Assembly (NCBI GenBank): GCA_963814585.1
Contig: CAWFDF010000012.1
Location: 160,001 to 224,000 of the forward strand
Reading direction: 5' to 3'
Length of the DNA: 64,000 nt
From: an uncultured delta proteobacterium
Lineage (GTDB): Bacteria; Myxococcota; Myxococcia; Myxococcales; Anaeromyxobacteraceae
Made by a program: the position numbers and the translations under genes. The notes under the pieces were generated by a model that saw only the letters and a program-made list of their open reading frames with translations, was not told where the DNA came from and did not search any database. Shown here one piece after another: positions 60,475 to 64,000 of this stretch. Each line of letters starts with the position of its first letter. Position 1 is the stretch's first letter.

Positions 60475-61122
60475 ATGCGCCCGCGCCATCTCCCCTTGCT
60501 GTTGCTCCTGCTCGCCCCGCCCGCGCTCGCGGAGGACCCGGGGCTCGCCCCTTCCGGCGCCTCGACCGCAGCACCGGAGCCGGCCGCCGAGCCGGCCCCG
60601 CCGGCGCCTCCCCCCGCCGAGGCCCCCCTGCCGAGGCTGGGGCTGCGCATCGGCCTCGGCGCTCCCGACGGCGTGACCGCCGCCCTGGTGGTCCGTCCCC
60701 TCCCATGGCTGCGGCTGCAGGCCGGGCCATCGTGGAACTACCTCGCCTACGGCGTGCAGGCCGGCTTCGCCGTCACCCCGATCCGCTGGGGCGTCTCGCC
60801 GGTCCTGGAGGCCACCTACGGCCACTACTTCAGCGCCGACCTGAACAAGGTCGCCAGGGACATCCCGGTCGAGCTGCAGGCGCTGGCCTCCAGCGTCGGC
60901 TACGACTACTTCAACGGCCAGGTGGGGCTGGAGTTCGGCTCCCCCAGCGGCTTCACCTTCTCGCTGGGGGCGGGGCTCTCCTACTTCTGGAGCGACCTGA
61001 CCGGCTCCGCCACCCTCGAGCCCGACCCCGGCGCGACCAACCCGGCCACCGTCGTCGTCACCAACCCCAGCCTCCGCGGCGTCATCCCGTCGGTCCGGCT
61101 CGGCATGCTCTTCTACTTCTAG
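60475..61122 (+). CDS. Putative small outer-membrane beta-barrel protein
   Basis: Signal peptide, Pro-rich linker, amphipathic strands, terminal LFYF. Confidence 0.65.
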   Translation: MRPRHLPLLLLLLAPPALAEDPGLAPSGASTAAPEPAAEPAPPAPPPAEAPLPRLGLRIGLGAPDGVTAALVVRPLPWLRLQAGPSWNYLAYGVQAGFAVTPIRWGVSPVLEATYGHYFSADLNKVARDIPVELQALASSVGYDYFNGQVGLEFGSPSGFTFSLGAGLSYFWSDLTGSATLEPDPGATNPATVVVTNPSLRGVIPSVRLGMLFYF

Positions 61123-61604
61123 CGAGGCGACCATGCGCCGACAGCTCACCGCCCTCTCCACCCTCGCCCTGCTCTCCGGCTGCGGCCTGCTCTACGCCGA
61201 GGTGGAGATCCCCAGCACCACCATCATGCTCGAGCGCCAGACCTTCACCGGCGCGCCCGCCGGGGCCCCGCTGGTGAAGGACATCTCCTTCGACGTGGGC
61301 GACAACCTCCCCATCCTCACCGAGCCCGACGTCAGCTTCGAGCTCCGGCTCACCAGGATGATGGTGGTGATCGCGGCCGGCTCGCCGATGGCCGACTTCG
61401 GCGACATCAGGTCGGTCACGCTCTCGGCCCTGCCGCCGGCTGGCCAGACCCTGCCCGAGGAGACCGTCATCGCCTCCTATGCCAAGGCCCCGCCGCCGGC
61501 CGACCAGCACCCCACCTCGATCGCGGTGGCCGGGATGACCAGCCTCGACCTCAGCCCCTACATCACCGCGGGCTCGATGACCCTGCGGCTGCGGGCCGAG
61601 TCGA

Positions 61605-63137
<1,533 letters not shown>

Positions 63138-63191
63138 GCGGCGCACTGTATACCGCAGGCCCCACGCGACGTGGGCCGGCCCGGAACGGGA

Positions 63192-63219
63192 CGGGCGCCG
63201 ACCGCGAGGTCGGCGCCCG
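63192..63219. terminator. Perfect 12-bp hairpin downstream of the OB-fold gene
   Basis: CGGGCGCCGACC-GCGA-GGTCGGCGCCCG; no U-tract. Confidence 0.5.
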
Positions 63220-63242
63220 CGGCGGGGCCCGGAGCCGGACGG

Positions 63243-64000
63243 CTACTTCGACAGCTTGGCGTCCTCGACGATGACCGGATAGGCGTAGCCGGCGCCGAAG
63301 TCCTTGTCGACCCGGACCGTGCCCTTCACCACCACGGTGTCGCCGACCGCGGTCATGTCCTGGGTCGTGACGGTGACGTCGTTGTCGCCCTTGTCGGCCT
63401 TGCCGCTGCCGTCCTGGAGGTGGACCCAGTTCTTGCCCATGATGCCGGGGTTGAACTTGACCACCTTGCCGCGGATGGTGACCTGCTTCTCCTTGAGCGC
63501 GCCCTTCTGGGCGTAGACCTCCGCCACGGTGCGGGCGTCGGGACCGCTGGCCTTCGGGACCTTGACGTCACCGACGTTGCTCGGCCCCTGGGCGGCCTTG
63601 GCGTGCTGCTGGGCCATCCCGGCCGGGGAGCCCTCCATGCCCGCCGGCGGCATGCCAGGAGCCGGCGCGGCGGCCGCGGAGCCCTCCAGCGTGCCGAAGA
63701 AGACCACCTCGAACGTGCGCTTCAGGGTCTTCGACTCGAAGTTGGCCATGGGCATGGCGTTGAGGACGGTCACCTCGGACCCCTTGGCCACGTCGGCCTT
63801 GGGCACCGCGGCCCACATCTCCTCCTTGCCCTGCTGGATCCTCAGGTAGCTGTAGGGCGGCGCGTCGAGACGCTCCAGGACCTTGCCCTTGATGCTGGCG
63901 GACGGGGGCGCGGCCTGGGCCTCCATGGCGTTGGGGGCAGCGGCCGGCGCGGGGGGGCAGCGGGCTCGCTCTTCTTGCAGCCCGCCACGGCGACGGCGAC
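63243..64000 (-). CDS. OB-fold lipoprotein; 5' end outside the window; apparent -1 frameshift in the G7 run at 63951-63957
   Basis: GKVLE..DAPPYSYL...WAAVP, FESKTLKRTF, RGKVVKFNPGIMGKNWVHLQDGSG, DKDFGAGYAY; upstream VAVAVAGCKK lipobox joins in frame only with one extra base. Confidence 0.75.
   Translation of the reverse strand, partial: RRRRGGLQEERARCPPAPAAAPNAMEAQAAPPSASIKGKVLERLDAPPYSYLRIQQGKEEMWAAVPKADVAKGSEVTVLNAMPMANFESKTLKRTFEVVFFGTLEGSAAAAPAPGMPPAGMEGSPAGMAQQHAKAAQGPSNVGDVKVPKASGPDARTVAEVYAQKGALKEKQVTIRGKVVKFNPGIMGKNWVHLQDGSGKADKGDNDVTVTTQDMTAVGDTVVVKGTVRVDKDFGAGYAYPVIVEDAKLSK

Overview
Very GC-rich bacterial chromosome segment. Gene content and order suggest an Anaeromyxobacter-like member of the Myxococcota (inference). 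From left to right: (1) 0-15 kb accessory region with a sigma54-type small-protein operon (cupin, DUF2249-like, two secreted Cys/His proteins), a stand-alone PAS protein, a beta-barrel protein, a six-gene Ehr (hydrogenase-related, no Ni-Fe motifs) complex, and a divergent SulP-STAS transporter fused to four CBS domains; (2) four tRNAs (Lys, Arg, His, Pro), then a housekeeping block: rdgB, rph, amidase, selD with an in-frame UGA plus a SECIS-like hairpin, TPR protein, bamD, recX, pilT-like, rpsI, rplM, UvrD, RluA; (3) ChaN, M16 protease, ModF-like ATPase, LemA-TPM-TPM, ATL, and glgP with a +1 frameshift; (4) an orphan YcaO-TfuA thioamidation pair flanked by peptidases and a deletion-riddled S9 peptidase relic; (5) a four-gene cassette (Fem-like GNAT, 2H phosphoesterase, ATP-grasp ligase, AsnB-like protein); (6) an Rrf2-sufBCDSUT operon with a clear promoter and palindromic operator, then YaeQ, a barrel plus lipoprotein pair, a short RecQ and an OB-fold lipoprotein. 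I saw no CRISPR array, integrase, transposase or rRNA. The best novelty candidates are the precursor-less YcaO-TfuA locus, the amide-forming four-gene cassette, the Ehr/SulP-CBS pairing and the HCD 'hook' operon. Family calls come from motif recognition by eye, not database searches.
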